Assembly: GCA_020348925.1 (NCBI GenBank)
Contig: CP070758.1
Span: forward strand, 1,506,469-1,570,468
From: Gemmatimonadota bacterium
GTDB lineage: Bacteria > JBHIER01 > G020348925
Reading direction: 5' to 3'
DNA: 64,000 bases
Of the stretch, positions 1-10,215 are shown one piece after another (the stretch's first letter is position 1; the number at the start of each line of letters is the position of its first letter). The notes beneath the pieces were generated by a model, which worked only from the letters and a program-made list of their open reading frames with translations, searched no databases and was not told the origin of the DNA. The translations under genes and the position numbers were made by a program.

Positions 1-124
1 CCAGGACAGCCTTCAAACTCGATCTGATAGGTGATATCGAAGAAGCTGTCGATATGATACAACCCGCCGCCAAGATCTGTTATGGTCGTCTGGCCCGGAC
101 TCGGCAGACCTAAATCTGTACCAC
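1..124. repeat. 124-bp direct repeat, copy 1 (identical to 8626-8749)
   Basis: ccaggacagccttcaaac...aaatctgtaccac is identical at both ends of the 1-8749 segment. Confidence 0.95.
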
Positions 125-2813
125 CTCTCACTCTGAATGTGCAGAAATCCGGATCCCCGAAGAGTTCCCCCTGGAGGCGATACATGTCGGCCGGAAAAGT
201 CTGCACAGGATCGCCCGGAACCCGCGGTCCGGTGTGGACCTCGCAGAAAACCGGAAGAACGGCGAGATGCCGGTTGAATCCAGCAAGGTCACCGGTCCCA
301 TGAAGAGTCAAATCCAGGGTTGCCTCGAAACAATGGCCGTCACCGCCTAAAGAACCACCGCTCGTCTCGCATTCTCCCGGAGCAAGTGGCAAAGTACAGT
401 TAGGATCGTCGTTACAGAGAAAATCCTCGAGAATACCCGGCCCCTCGATCGTGCTTCCGGGGGGAAGCCCGTCGATGATCTGCCACAGCTCGTCAGGTGA
501 TGCATACTGGCAATCCATGGGAGGCAGTGTTGCCGTACCCGTACCATTATCATCGACAATACAGGGACCACCGACTCCCTCAGAGATATCAATACGACAG
601 TCCTCCTCAGAAACGCATTCGCACTCAGTGACCGTAACATTCTCTGCGTTGAAATCCAAGTTCACGCACTTCGGACGGCACTCCTCGTCAGGGTTCGGAC
701 AGGGTATGTCCTTGCAGCCCTGACCGTCCGGTGTCGGCCCGCACTCGGCTTGACCCAAAATGACAAAGGCCAGATCGAGGGAGCGACTGCATTTGTGGGT
801 GATGGTCCCTTCGATCGATAGGTTCGTTCCCCTGACATCGATGGAGACCCATTCGGGATTATAATCGTGAATCTCAAAAATAATATCCTCATAAAACTTT
901 CCCTCAGGAACCCCATCATCAACGAGGATCTCGCGACCGATGTACAGCGCTTCTTCCTCAGGCGTGAGGGGTGGCAGAGGCGGTTCACGGTTCTCACCCG
1001 GCGGATTCCCCACCAGAGACCATTCCGGGGTGGACCAGTTCACGGCAACCTGAAATTCAGCTCCCGGTCCCCATGGTTCTGCACCGAAGGTAATGGATAT
1101 ATCCTTGCGCCCCTCAACGTAGGGATGGTCGTAAAACCATATGTTCCACCAGTTCGTATTCGGGTACTCATACCATCCCAAGCCGAAGTAATCCGTCCCG
1201 CCGCCCCCGTCGAAACTTCCATCCGGGTTGAAAGCGACGCTGAAATCATTGACAATGGGCACAGAAGGCTCCCACAGTTCCACCCAGTGAAACTCCACCT
1301 GCCAATCCTCTCCGCAGACCGCATCATCATTCCAGCGATCCAGCGACGACTTCCAGCCCCAAATCGCACCACCATTTTGAGCCACAACGGCAGAAATGCT
1401 CAGCCAGTAAACGGTCCCTTCCTGTTGAATGAAGGGATCTGCAATCTCTTGTATTTTATACTCGTAGTACCCCTGATGGTCCTGTAGGTTGAGAGAGGTT
1501 CCACTGCAGGGCCTGTACCACCCCTGCATCTCCAAAGATTTGACAGGATAGACACTAAACTGGCCGAGAGAGAACGTCCTCTCCCACAGCAAATCCCCCG
1601 GCCGGCTGTGCATAATTTCAGCAGCGGGATTGACCGGAATATCGGCATATATTCTTACAATGAATTCTGAGATTATACCGACGCTGCCTCCCTCCCACGA
1701 GCCCCAGAATTGGATCGCCTCGACCGCTCCTGTTTTCGTACAGAGCCAGTCATCCGCCAGCAGGTTGCCCGTGGCATCCACAGCCCAGCCCGACGGGTTC
1801 GGCATCTGGGGAAAGTGCATCTTGGGATCGTACCAGATCGCAGTGGCGGTCCCGTATGCGGCAAAGGCAATCTCGAGCACCTCACCGGCCACGGGTTCCA
1901 CCACACCAATCTCCGTCAGAGGGATCTCAAACTCGTAGACTTTGTGCTCATAGGCCGCCCGGCTCGTATACGTGAAGCCCGGCACCCCCCATTCCTGCTC
2001 CGGAACCGAGATCTTAAATTCCCTCAGGCCATTCGGTGTCTTCACGTAGACCTTGGCGTAATCCACGTCTCCGTCCATGGTGTTGTCCGAGGTAAAATCG
2101 ATGGCCACGTAGAGATTCCGATGGTCATTGCACACCCAGCCGTAAGTGTAGCCGGCCGGATGTCCGGATCCCGGTTGGCAGTACTCCTGGAAAAACGGCA
2201 TCCCCAGGTATTCCCCTTCCAACTCCCCGTCAACGATGAGACGGCCCCACTGACTGTTCAGACTGTACGTGTAAAAACTGGAAGATTCGTCGAGATGCTG
2301 GTACAGATTGTCGGGTGGAAACTGGAAGGGCACTTCCAGGATGTGCTCCGCTTCGATGCGCGCCACTACGGACAATATCGGAGCCACATCGTCGACGTGG
2401 AAGGTAAAGTTGAGCGATCGCCCCTGGGCGTCAATGACGTCGTAATCATTACTGGCAAGCTTCATCAGAGCAAACGCCTCGTCCGCATCCGTACCCGTGA
2501 CGCGGCTTGGTGCCACCCCCCCGAGAGTGACCGCATCAATGTGCGCCGCACTGGTCCCGTAATGGTCGATGGCCACCGTAATCTCACCGGAGAGGTCGCC
2601 TCCGGAAAGCCGAATCTGTTGCTCGGTAAAAAATTTACCATACGAAAGGGAGCCCACAGTCTCCCATTCGCCATCATGACACATCGAGACGGAAAACTCC
2701 CCGTAGTCCCGCGCCTTGACCGCTGTTGAAGCTATCAACCCCCAAAGAAGTATTGTTACGCAGCACAGAAGAAAACCTTTCGTAATCAAAGACTTCACTA
2801 TTATCTTGGACAT
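1..2813 (-). CDS. 5' part of a giant secreted Cys-rich protein; open off the left edge of the window
   Basis: Missing from the ORF track because it has no stop. I translated it by hand from ATG 2813, preceded by AAGGAGG: MSKIIVKSLITKGFLLCCVTILLWGLIASTAVKA (signal peptide) ... KMHFPQMPNPSGW...LADDWLCTKTG...QFWGSW...DLAFVI ... GTDLGLPSPGQTTITDLGGGLYHIDSFFDITYQIEFEGCP. I found no stop in about 937 codons. Confidence 0.85.
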   Translation of the reverse strand, partial: MSKIIVKSLITKGFLLCCVTILLWGLIASTAVKARDYGEFSVSMCHDGEWETVGSLSYGKFFTEQQIRLSGGDLSGEITVAIDHYGTSAAHIDAVTLGGVAPSRVTGTDADEAFALMKLASNDYDVIDAQGRSLNFTFHVDDVAPILSVVARIEAEHILEVPFQFPPDNLYQHLDESSSFYTYSLNSQWGRLIVDGELEGEYLGMPFFQEYCQPGSGHPAGYTYGWVCNDHRNLYVAIDFTSDNTMDGDVDYAKVYVKTPNGLREFKISVPEQEWGVPGFTYTSRAAYEHKVYEFEIPLTEIGVVEPVAGEVLEIAFAAYGTATAIWYDPKMHFPQMPNPSGWAVDATGNLLADDWLCTKTGAVEAIQFWGSWEGGSVGIISEFIVRIYADIPVNPAAEIMHSRPGDLLWERTFSLGQFSVYPVKSLEMQGWYRPCSGTSLNLQDHQGYYEYKIQEIADPFIQQEGTVYWLSISAVVAQNGGAIWGWKSSLDRWNDDAVCGEDWQVEFHWVELWEPSVPIVNDFSVAFNPDGSFDGGGGTDYFGLGWYEYPNTNWWNIWFYDHPYVEGRKDISITFGAEPWGPGAEFQVAVNWSTPEWSLVGNPPGENREPPLPPLTPEEEALYIGREILVDDGVPEGKFYEDIIFEIHDYNPEWVSIDVRGTNLSIEGTITHKCSRSLDLAFVILGQAECGPTPDGQGCKDIPCPNPDEECRPKCVNLDFNAENVTVTECECVSEEDCRIDISEGVGGPCIVDDNGTGTATLPPMDCQYASPDELWQIIDGLPPGSTIEGPGILEDFLCNDDPNCTLPLAPGECETSGGSLGGDGHCFEATLDLTLHGTGDLAGFNRHLAVLPVFCEVHTGPRVPGDPVQTFPADMYRLQGELFGDPDFCTFRVRGGTDLGLPSPGQTTITDLGGGLYHIDSFFDITYQIEFEGCP

Positions 2814-2942
2814 AGCGGTCCTCCTTTATCAGAAACCATATAAGAATGATTAAGCACCATGTTTTCGAATTCTTTATGTCGTTTCTTTCGACACAAAACG
2901 AGTATTCCTTTTCGATGCACAACGTTTCGTATATTTATATGA

Positions 2943-2971
2943 AATTTAGAGCGTAAGATATTATATGTCAA
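2943..2971 (-). promoter_or_regulatory. Putative sigma-70 promoter for the gene starting at 2813
   Basis: TTGACA-17 nt-TAAATT on the minus strand in an AT-rich intergenic region. Confidence 0.5.
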
Positions 2972-3171
2972 GTGTTTTTTATATGTGTTCACAGGAAATT
3001 CCAGTACCTTTTTTTCCACACGCCTTGTAATCTTCCGGCCATTTCCCCGGACAGAACATATTTTCAGGCACGATATTGGTCACATAAAGAAATGATTCCG
3101 TTTTGCCGCAGCTTCGGTATCCCACCCGATTTCCCTTTGGAATACGAATTCACCACACTCTGTAAAGGAAA

Positions 3172-3202
3172 ACCTCCCGCGGATTTTCACCTTTCGGGAG
3201 GT
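3172..3202 (-). terminator. Hairpin downstream of the giant gene's stop; possible terminator
   Basis: acctcccg...cgggaggt inverted repeat followed by TTT on the minus strand. Confidence 0.35.
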
Positions 3203-3326
3203 CGTGTTACCCTATGTTTTTCGACCTTTCGAACATTCGCCACAGTGTATTTCTTCGCTGTATCCAGGACAAGCTCTGAGCGAAGTCGAAGGGCTCAGGA
3301 CATGCTTTTGAAACGTTTTGACTGTT

Positions 3327-6300
3327 CTATCTCATCAACACCATCCGCCTCGTCTGGGTGAAATCATTCGCCCGGATCCTGTAGAAGTAGACGCCGCTGG
3401 CCGCCTGCTCACCGTCCCACCGAACTCTGTGGTAGCCCGCCTCCATATCGTCGTTCACCAGCTCGGTCACCACCTGTCCCAGTATATTATAAACCGTTAC
3501 GTTCACCCTGGCATCCTCGGGCAGACCGAATTCAATACTCGTCACAGGATTGAAAGGATTGGGATAGTTCTGCGCCAGACTGTACTCCAGCGGTATGAGA
3601 TCTCCCACCTTGACCACAAACAGTCGCCCGTGCCCGAAGCTGATCCGCTCGTCCACCGTGAAAACCACCGGCTCCACCACCTCCACCTCGATCTCATCCC
3701 CCACCTCCCCCATCACCTCGAACAAAACACGCACCACCGGCCCACTGCCGGCCTCTATCACCCCACCGCTCAGACTCGACACAAAGACCACCAGCTCTTC
3801 ACCAACCACCTGAGACATGACATCCATCCCCGCCGAACGCTCCGTCACCTCAGGCGCACCCGCCTCCAGAACATCCCCATCATACCGGAACCGCAGCAAC
3901 ACTCCGGCCACGTCCTGCTCCGAGGTCACATCCACAGGCACCGCCACCGTCCGACCCGACACCCCCACCGCATCACCCACAGCCACCTCGGCCACGACCA
4001 CCTTCGGATCGCACACGCCCACCGCCCGGTTGATGCACTTCATCAGATCGATAATATTCACCAGCGTGTCCCCGTTGGCATCGGACGCCCACAACTGCGT
4101 CCCGGGTGAGGTTACCGGTCCGGTCAACGGCGGCTCCTGCCTGCCGACCATGTGATTCAACACGGCAAACAGATCCAGCAACGTCACCATCGTGTCCGCC
4201 ACTCCAAATTGGCCTGTCACGTCGCACTTGCCCGGCACCAGGTACCCCCCAAAACAGATCTGACCCTTGTCCTCCAGCTTCAAACACAGCGGCTCCTTCG
4301 GCTCCGGAGGATCACCCCAGTCATCCAGACCGTCCAGGATCACGTCCGAATACACGATATCGGCACAACTGCCGGCAGGCGCACCGGGCAGCACTTCAAA
4401 CAACACCCGCAAGATCGACAAGTTGCCCTCATGCGCATATCCCGGCGGCAACTCACAGAACCCCTCACCGGCCGGCAACACTTCGATCTGAGGATGCTCA
4501 GGCGTCGAAAACAGCGCAATCTCAACCAGCCCCCCTCCAGGATGCGACAGCCAGACCAGCTCGAACCCTTCGCTCCGCGCCGTCTTGACCACCTCCACAA
4601 CCTGTAAATACTGCGCATCATAGGCCAAATCGATCTGCACCGCCGAAACCGGATACTCGTTGTCCAGCATCAGCCCGACAGTCACCGTATCCCCAGGCAC
4701 CACCGTCGGGTCCTCACCACCGCAGTTGGAATGCTTGTAGGCCACCTTCACACCCGAGGTGTCCCGCATACACATACCGGTAAAGGGCATGAACTTGATA
4801 TCCGCCACAGCCGTATCCTGAGAACAATACCCCTTGGCCGCATGCACCACCACATGCGCCGGCAGTTCCACCGGCGGCCCGGATCCCCTCGGGATGATCG
4901 TCAACAGCGCCTGACCCCGACCCCCGGGCTCCAGACACAAAACCGTCTCGCTGAAATAATAATCCCACAACGGCGGGATGTCACCCGCCTCTATCCACAG
5001 GCTGATGCAATCGTAATAGGGCTCCTCGTTGGACACCGGCAACGGTACGACGACCGACGCCCACGTCGCCTCCGCACTCACCCAGCGGTGCCTCGACCAC
5101 ATCCACCGCTCGCAATCCCGCAGATACCCCGTCGTCGAATCCTCGACCGTCCAGATCCACTCCCCGGGACCATCGCCAGGCGTCAGACAATGATCCCGCA
5201 GCACAGGGTAGTCGACGACGATGTTCCGCGCATACTGCTGATAGGTACTACTAATGATAGCCTCGTACTCATAAAACGGCGTCTTCCCATGATACGGCGC
5301 TACCACCTGAATCCCCGAACCCCCGATGCCCCCCCACAAAACCGTATCATAGACCGCCTCGACCGGCATGAAAAACCCCCACGGCGCCAACCCGAAACTG
5401 ATCTTCGGATAGGCGCTGTTGGATCCCTCATTGACCACCGTGGCCCACACATCGTAGGGCACATTCTCACACGGGTAGCGCGGACTCCAGCGGATATCCT
5501 CCGCATGCACCGGCTGCACCCGACGCCCATCCGGCCCCAAGTAGAGATGCTCGGGGTAGGGCATAAACTCCAGCTCCACCTCTCCCCACTCGCCGCTGCA
5601 CTTAAAACCCCTCACCTTTAAAAGAACAGGCCCCTCCGGCTCCGGTCCATCCGGCCAGACCGTCACATAGACGCTATCCCTGTCCCCCGGAGTTCCGAAG
5701 GGCTGCAGAACCAGAAGCGTCTCATTCAAGATAACCTCCCACTCCTCCGGGACACCCTCCAAGGACAGTTCAATCGCCATCGGAACCGATGCATCGTTCC
5801 ACACCGGGATAACGATGGGCTTCAATCCCCATCGGACGGGTTCCGTGCTCCACGGATCTTCCGGCCAGATCGTCATCCGGCATCGACGGGCAAAATTCAG
5901 GGTATCATCGAGGCAAAAAGCTCCATCCACATCCCATTGTTTCGCCAGCCAGGTCACAACAATATTCCGCGCCCACCAGTTCTCGCCGTCCGGATGATGG
6001 TGGTACTCGCACTCGCAGGTCAGGGTGTCCGTGGCACCGCCCGGGACCATTACAGGGCCTACGGTACAATGAGGCCGTATGCCTATGGGCGGAACCGTGA
6101 ACAGACCCCACGGCGCCTCAAAAAAGCTGGCCGACAGAGGTGCAGCCTCCTCGCACTCGTTCCGGAAGACCGCCTTGACCGTGTAATCATCGCAGACGCA
6201 CGGATACTGATCGCGGTAGGGATGGGTCCACGTAATGGTCGGCTTGGGCGTCTCGAGACATCCGGGGTTGTAATCGAGACAGACACGCACCATGTATTCG

Positions 6301-8749
6301 TATCCCGGAAAACACTTCCACTGGTTCAATTCGGCATTCCAAATCCAGGAGTAGGTCGTATCATGGCCGGCATCGCCCAGAATCCTGGGCCTGCCCGGCT
6401 GAGGCCCCCTCTGCTGCCAGACAATGTAAAAACAACGCTTGGGTGGGATGATGATGCAACTGTCGCGCACCACCACCTTTTCCCAATTCCAGTTCCCGAT
6501 AAAGCCGACACCCTCTATGAAATCCAAAGGCGGCGACTCCAACATGGATACATCTGGCGGCAGAGGCTCACAGGGCTCGCACGGCGACACCAATCCCACA
6601 TAGACCCACATATTGATGAGCCCCATGTCAAACCACTGAAAGGAGATGGTATCAAGCCTGGCCTCACCGCAGGGATTGTAAAAACCGATGGCGTACAGAT
6701 CCGATCCGGGCGTCGGCCCCACGAGATAATCGTCCGCCTGCTCGTCAAGATCGTTGTCCCAGCAGCAGTGGCCCCAGCACTCGGGGTAACACGGCCCGCG
6801 GCGGCCGTCGAAGCCCTCGACACCACGCTCCACATGAAGCGGGATATTGTTGTTGATGATCCAAGGATCGCCCGGCTCGAGATCGAAGGTCAGGTAAAAG
6901 TCCGTACAGGCGTCCGACGTGAGAAAGCCTGTGCTGCCGTTCTCACCGGCACCCAGCACTGTCGGATCAGGACCGCCCGTCGGATCGAAGGGCGGCGGAT
7001 TCTGCCGCAGGCAGGTGCTGCTCAAGGAGGTGTTTGGCGGCAGGGTCAGGATCAGGGTATATACTCCGGCTGTGCCATCGGTCAGAAATCGATAGTAGCC
7101 CGAGGATCCATCGTCGAAGATCGTAATCGCACCCGGACCGCTGACCGACACGTTCCCGCCGGGGATAATCTCACCCGTCTCCTCGTCGTAGTAGTAACCA
7201 GTGGGATCGTAGTCGAGATGGTTGGGAATACCGTCCCCGTCTCGATCAGTAATTCCTTCAAGGATATCCGGCATGCCGTCCCCGTCCGAATCCCCGCACG
7301 GCGGGTCCAGGGTGGCACAGGTCTGATACGGTGCAAAACGAGCCCACGATGGGCAGTCCTCCCAGTAGACGTTGTCCTCACAATAACTGTCGTGATCGTC
7401 GCAGCAGGCCCCATAGAGCCACGGCTCGCTGCAGATAACAAAGGCCATATCCAGAGGCTCACCCGTCTCAGGATCGAGGAGGCGCATATCCTCCTGACTC
7501 GTTGATAAAATCTTGTCCTTAAATGGCCCTTTTCGAGATGAAGTGGGAGTTTCTAAATTCAAATAAAAAATAACCCACAGTGCAGCGTCATTGAAATGGC
7601 TCTTCGATGTCTTCCAACCCCACGCCGGCAAAGATGGTCCGCCGTTATCACCCGTCTCGACAGCTGCAGCGATCATGAGCCAGTAAATGGTCCCTTCTTC
7701 CTGAATAAAGAATCCATTCCCAAATCCGTTGTCAATTGGGAAAAAAACGTCCGACATATCCAGTGTATACTGAAAATATCTCTGATGATCCGTCGGGAAA
7801 ACTGAGCCCTCTCCAGGAATAAAAAATCCCTCCCACTCGGATGTTTCTATCGGATAAGAATCCCAACCCTCACAGATACCATACCACAGCAAATCTCCCC
7901 ACATACTGTAGCCGGTCGGGCTTTCGTGGGCAGGGATGTCACTTAGAATACCTACCAGAAAACCGTGAATTTCGTCCTCAACATCCTCCAACCACGAACC
8001 CCAGAGTTGAATTTCGGTCACCGGGCCGGTCTCCGTGCACAGCCAATCATCGACCGCAGCTACGCCACTCCATTGTCCTAACTCAAAAATTAAAGTTGAT
8101 GAGAAAACATCCCAGCCGGACTCGTCCGGAAATTGGGGGTAATGCATCTTTGGATAGCACTCGCAGGCATCGTCAGGACCATTCCCGTTCAGATCCCCAA
8201 GACACGTGCTGCCCGGTCCCAGGGGAACGCCCCCGATGGCCAGACATTCCTCGTAGAGCAACTCCTGGCACAATCCCTCTTCCATGCAGCAGGCCACGGT
8301 CGAGGGAAACTCACAGGCATCGTCTGAGCCGTTGAAATCATTGTCCCCAAGACAGACGCTGCCCGGACCCTGGGGTACACCGCCGTTGTCAATACAGGTA
8401 CGCACACCCAGATCGAAACAGCCGCCATCGGAGAAGCAGCAGGCCTCCACGGCCCCAAGGACACAGTTGCAGCAGATGTCCACTGTCCCGTCCCCATTGA
8501 CGGTCACATCCCGCTCGCAGATCTCATCCGGCGGACATCCACCGGAGCAGCCAACAAAATGCAGCACACCGGTGGCCATCCGAATGGTGGCCGTCGTCGT
8601 GCCGGCTAAACCATCCAGAACACTGCCAGGACAGCCTTCAAACTCGATCTGATAGGTGATATCGAAGAAGCTGTCGATATGATACAACCCGCCGCCAAGA
8701 TCTGTTATGGTCGTCTGGCCCGGACTCGGCAGACCTAAATCTGTACCAC
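3327..8749 (-). CDS. 3' part of a giant secreted protein: Cys-rich ACC repeats, KMHxPQ/WGSW domain, TSP3-like Asp repeats, duplicated Ig/CARDB-like units, cohesin-dockerin-cohesin, T9SS/FlgD-type CTD; 5' end lost in the gap
   Basis: ORF 3327..8951 with the across-gap N-terminus removed. CTD: EYSLAQNYPNPFNPVTSIEFGLP...YNILGQVV...SGVYFYRI. Dockerin-like: CDVTG...DTMVTLLDL / SDANGDTLVNIIDL. Cohesin-like: GDTVTVGLMLDN...VSAVQIDLAYD and GRTVAVPVDV...VAGVLLRFRYD. Confidence 0.85.
8626..8749. repeat. 124-bp direct repeat, copy 2, abutting the N gap
   Basis: Identical to 1-124. Confidence 0.95.
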
Positions 8750-8849
8750 NNNNNNNNNNNNNNNNNNNNNNNNNNNNNNNNNNNNNNNNNNNNNNNNNNN
8801 NNNNNNNNNNNNNNNNNNNNNNNNNNNNNNNNNNNNNNNNNNNNNNNNN
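8750..8849. other. Assembly gap (100 N)
   Basis: Run of n. Confidence 1.
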
Positions 8850-9366
8850 TGACAACAGTGCTGTCACCATGTTGGACATCCCAGGCCTGAGGTGCTTGTA
8901 TTTGAATGAGATGTTGTTGGTAATCGAACAACGAGTCATTGGGGATTTCATTCATAGTAGGCGCACAAACAGGTTCCGCATATTCCACGCTCGGATCCTT
9001 GGCAAATTCACGAGCCACAGTGACAGGGTCGAAATCTGTGGAAAAAGAGAGAGAATATATTCTCGATATATCCGGTAATCCGGAACCTTTGGGTATAGGT
9101 TTGTGCTTGAACCGTTTTCTCACCTTCTGCACGGAGAAACGGCTTAATTTTTCATCGAAAGAAGAAATTCCCGTCACCTTTAGATGCTTCATACCCTTGG
9201 CTATAATATTGGGTTTAAACTTCACCACAATCTTTCCTGGCTCGTAAAGAGGTGCTGTTCTTTTTTCAGGAAATCGATGTCCCGAAATTTCTTTGCCTGG
9301 TGCTCGAACAACAATGATTACAAGAACACACAGTGCGGCGACAACACATTTCATACTTTGTCCCAT
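8850..9366 (-). CDS. S8 subtilisin-like peptidase: signal, prodomain and start of the catalytic domain; truncated by the gap
   Basis: AGGAGG RBS; signal peptide; YEPGKIVVKFK prodomain start; DPSVEYAEP...PNDSLFDYQQHL..IQAPQAWDVQHGDSTVV, typical of the region just before the subtilase catalytic Asp. Confidence 0.8.
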
Positions 9367-9456
9367 TGGTTTCCTCCTGTGAGTATTGAATGAAATGAAT
9401 CTTCTAAGGCACAATAGGGTAATATATTATAAAAACAAAGATGAAAAAGGCGGTGC

Positions 9457-10173
9457 TCATGGTTCCTTCCATTTTTCTAAGAACACAAAATGGGAAAGAG
9501 GCTTACGGACAGGAGGAAGAGGTTCATGAGCCGGATAGCCAATGGCAATGATCGCCATAAGTTGGACATCTTGTGGTATCTCAAGTAGGGTCTTAATTTT
9601 CTCTTCAACAATGAGCGGCCCTCCCATCCAGAGAGATCCCAAGTCCAGAGCTGTCGCGGCTAAGAGAATGTTTTGGCATGCAGCAGAGACACCCTGGATG
9701 TTGTGTAAATTTTCGATATTTTCCCACCCTTTGTCCATATCGATATGGCGGATATCACAAAAAACAAAGATATGCACAGGAGCTGAAAACACACTGGACC
9801 AATATGAATTCATTCTTTCTGAGGGAATCCCTTTCGTCTCATAGAACCCTTTCAACGTGTCCATCAGCACTTCTCGGATATCGTTTTTCGTTTCTCTATT
9901 TCGAACAATCACAAACTTCCATGGCTGGTCATTGTTGGCCGAGGGAGCCCATGAGGCTGCTTTTAGGAGTATCTCAATCATTCCTGGATCGACATCTTTT
10001 TCTTGGAATTTTCGAATGCTTCTACGTTCTTTGATCGCTTTCAAGATCGGATTCGTTTCGAATGGTGAACTTTCAAACAGTTCCGTTCCCTCAGAATACA
10101 GAGCTCTATTGAATATGAACATCAGAGCGAATGAGAAGACAATCACAATCAGAAAGAATCTATGCATCCTCAT
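9457..10173 (-). CDS. Nitroreductase family protein with an N-terminal signal-like extension
   Basis: IKERRSIRKF, AASWAPSANNDQPWKF, QNILLAATALDLGSLW and IAIGYP motifs; hydrophobic N-terminus. Confidence 0.9.
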   Translation of the reverse strand: MRMHRFFLIVIVFSFALMFIFNRALYSEGTELFESSPFETNPILKAIKERRSIRKFQEKDVDPGMIEILLKAASWAPSANNDQPWKFVIVRNRETKNDIREVLMDTLKGFYETKGIPSERMNSYWSSVFSAPVHIFVFCDIRHIDMDKGWENIENLHNIQGVSAACQNILLAATALDLGSLWMGGPLIVEEKIKTLLEIPQDVQLMAIIAIGYPAHEPLPPVRKPLSHFVFLEKWKEP

Positions 10174-10215
10174 CAGTTTACTCCTCTTTTCAATGTAATT
10201 TTACCTCTTTCAGTA

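Noticed and set aside
1710-7505. Long plus-strand ORFs (339, 263, 296, 522 aa), and likewise minus-strand ORFs over the hdr genes (537, 504, 338 aa)
   Set aside because: They are antisense shadows of real genes caused by codon bias and have no protein motifs.
1-8749. Diversity-generating retroelement or plasmid/phage
   Set aside because: The 124-bp copies are identical with no adenine-specific mismatches, and there is no reverse transcriptase, replication or phage gene.
3327-8951. 1874-aa ORF with N-terminus MKSPMTRC, and the 258-aa ORF 8638..9414
   Set aside because: Both read through the N gap and join unrelated sequence; the real parts are annotated separately.
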